Shown here piece after piece: positions 31,308 through 32,000 of a stretch of DNA of 32,000 nucleotides. How positions within the stretch are numbered: position 1 is the stretch's first letter; the number at the start of each line of letters is the position of its first letter. The DNA lies in the NCBI RefSeq assembly GCF_042660085.1, contig NZ_JBHSTI010000008.1:2085604-2117603 (forward strand), written 5' to 3'. Both the position numbers and the translations under genes were made by a program. The notes beneath the pieces were generated by a model, which saw only the letters and a program-made list of their open reading frames with translations, did no database searches and was not told the origin of the DNA. Origin of the DNA: Longivirga aurantiaca (GTDB lineage Bacteria > Actinomycetota > Actinomycetes > S36-B12 > CAIYMF01).

Positions 31308-32000
31308 GAGCCGCCTCCGGCGACCTGCTCGCGGAGGCCGCGCCGGTACTGCTCGAGGGCGAGGACGTCGGCGAAGAGCGCCTGGTAGGTGTCGGGCTCG
31401 CTCGCCGGCTCGATCCGCTGCAGGCGGGCCTTGAGGTCGGTGATCCGGCGCGACGCGTCGATCTCGAGCAGGCGGGCCACCACCGACTGCGCGTAGCGCG
31501 TGTCCATCTCGTCGATCGGTGACGGCTCCACCGCGAGCTCGTGCACCACGGCGCGGACTGCGTCGTCGGGGCACGCGGCGAGCACGGCGTCGAGCCAGGC
31601 GCGGTCCTCGAGCCCGGCCGCCGCTCCCCCGGCCGCGACGATCGCACGGTGCACGGCGATGTACGCCGGCGAGCGGAAGCCCTCGGTCTCGAGCGCGTCG
31701 ACCCACGTGCCGGCGAGCTGCGGGGCCTGCAGGGCAACCTTCAGCGCCTCCCGCTCGACCGATGCGACCTTGTCGCGCGGGTCCGGGCGCGGCAGCCTCG
31801 GGGGCCCGGCGGGCGCGTCCGGGGCCGTCGGCTGCTCGTACGTGCGGCGGCTGGCGGGCGGCTGGGCCTTGCCCGCGGCCTGCACCGCGCGACGCACCTC
31901 GTCGTCCGGGATGGCGAGCCAGCCCGACAGCAGCCGGATGTACTCCGGCCGCAGCGCCTCGTCGCGGATGCGGGCCACCACGGGCGCGGCCGCGCGCAGA
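31304..32000 (-). CDS. dnaG: DNA primase, C-terminal part (5' end beyond the window)
   Basis: The frame is open to the window edge. The sequence ...ARIRDEALRPEYIRLLSGWLAIPDDEVRRAV...EREALKVALQAPQLAG...IAVHRAIVAAGG... resembles the C-terminal DnaB-interaction region of actinobacterial DnaG. The synteny with tRNA-Asn supports the call. Confidence 0.7.
   Translation of the reverse strand, partial: LRAAAPVVARIRDEALRPEYIRLLSGWLAIPDDEVRRAVQAAGKAQPPASRRTYEQPTAPDAPAGPPRLPRPDPRDKVASVEREALKVALQAPQLAGTWVDALETEGFRSPAYIAVHRAIVAAGGAAAGLEDRAWLDAVLAACPDDAVRAVVHELAVEPSPIDEMDTRYAQSVVARLLEIDASRRITDLKARLQRIEPASEPDTYQALFADVLALEQYRRGLREQVAGGGS

Overview
Strongly GC-rich, Actinomycetota-like chromosomal DNA. Real genes show a marked G/C bias at third codon positions. 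Most long Arg/Pro/Gly-rich ORFs in the track are out-of-frame or antisense shadows. No BLAST, HMM or RNA-folding tools were available, so all family calls rest on motifs I recognise by eye. The window contains these regions. (1) 1-10.1 kb holds a cluster of secreted, glycan-related proteins: three paralogs that share an uncharacterised ~400-aa N-terminal domain followed by PKD repeats and either a malectin-like or an FN3 C-terminus, plus a GT2 glycosyltransferase, a small secreted protein and a partial nucleotidyltransferase-like gene. (2) 10.3-13.6 kb holds an XRE-HTH/TPR regulator divergently paired with a 45-aa secreted peptide ending in GGSGHCC, a 16/31-bp tandem-repeat array, and a frameshifted PAS gene. 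(3) 13.7-19.4 kb holds housekeeping or accessory genes: an MFS sugar porter, a phosphodiester glycosidase, and a membrane protein/HTH/oxidoreductase operon. (4) 19.47-21.29 kb holds a DUF222/HNH (REP13E12-type) gene bracketed by two inverted copies of a 52-bp hairpin module whose stem differences are compensatory. (5) 21.4-26.2 kb holds a VOC protein, a translationally coupled operon of a conserved hypothetical, an SDR and a threonine aldolase, and a MarR regulator with an NADP-oxidoreductase. (6) 26.3-32 kb holds an M6 InhA-type metalloprotease, tRNA-Met, an internally deleted GGDEF-EAL pseudogene, tRNA-Asn, a conserved hypothetical and the 3' part of dnaG. The two best candidates for something undescribed are the hairpin-bounded HNH element and the regulator/secreted-peptide cassette. 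Four genes in about 20 kb carry frame disruptions.
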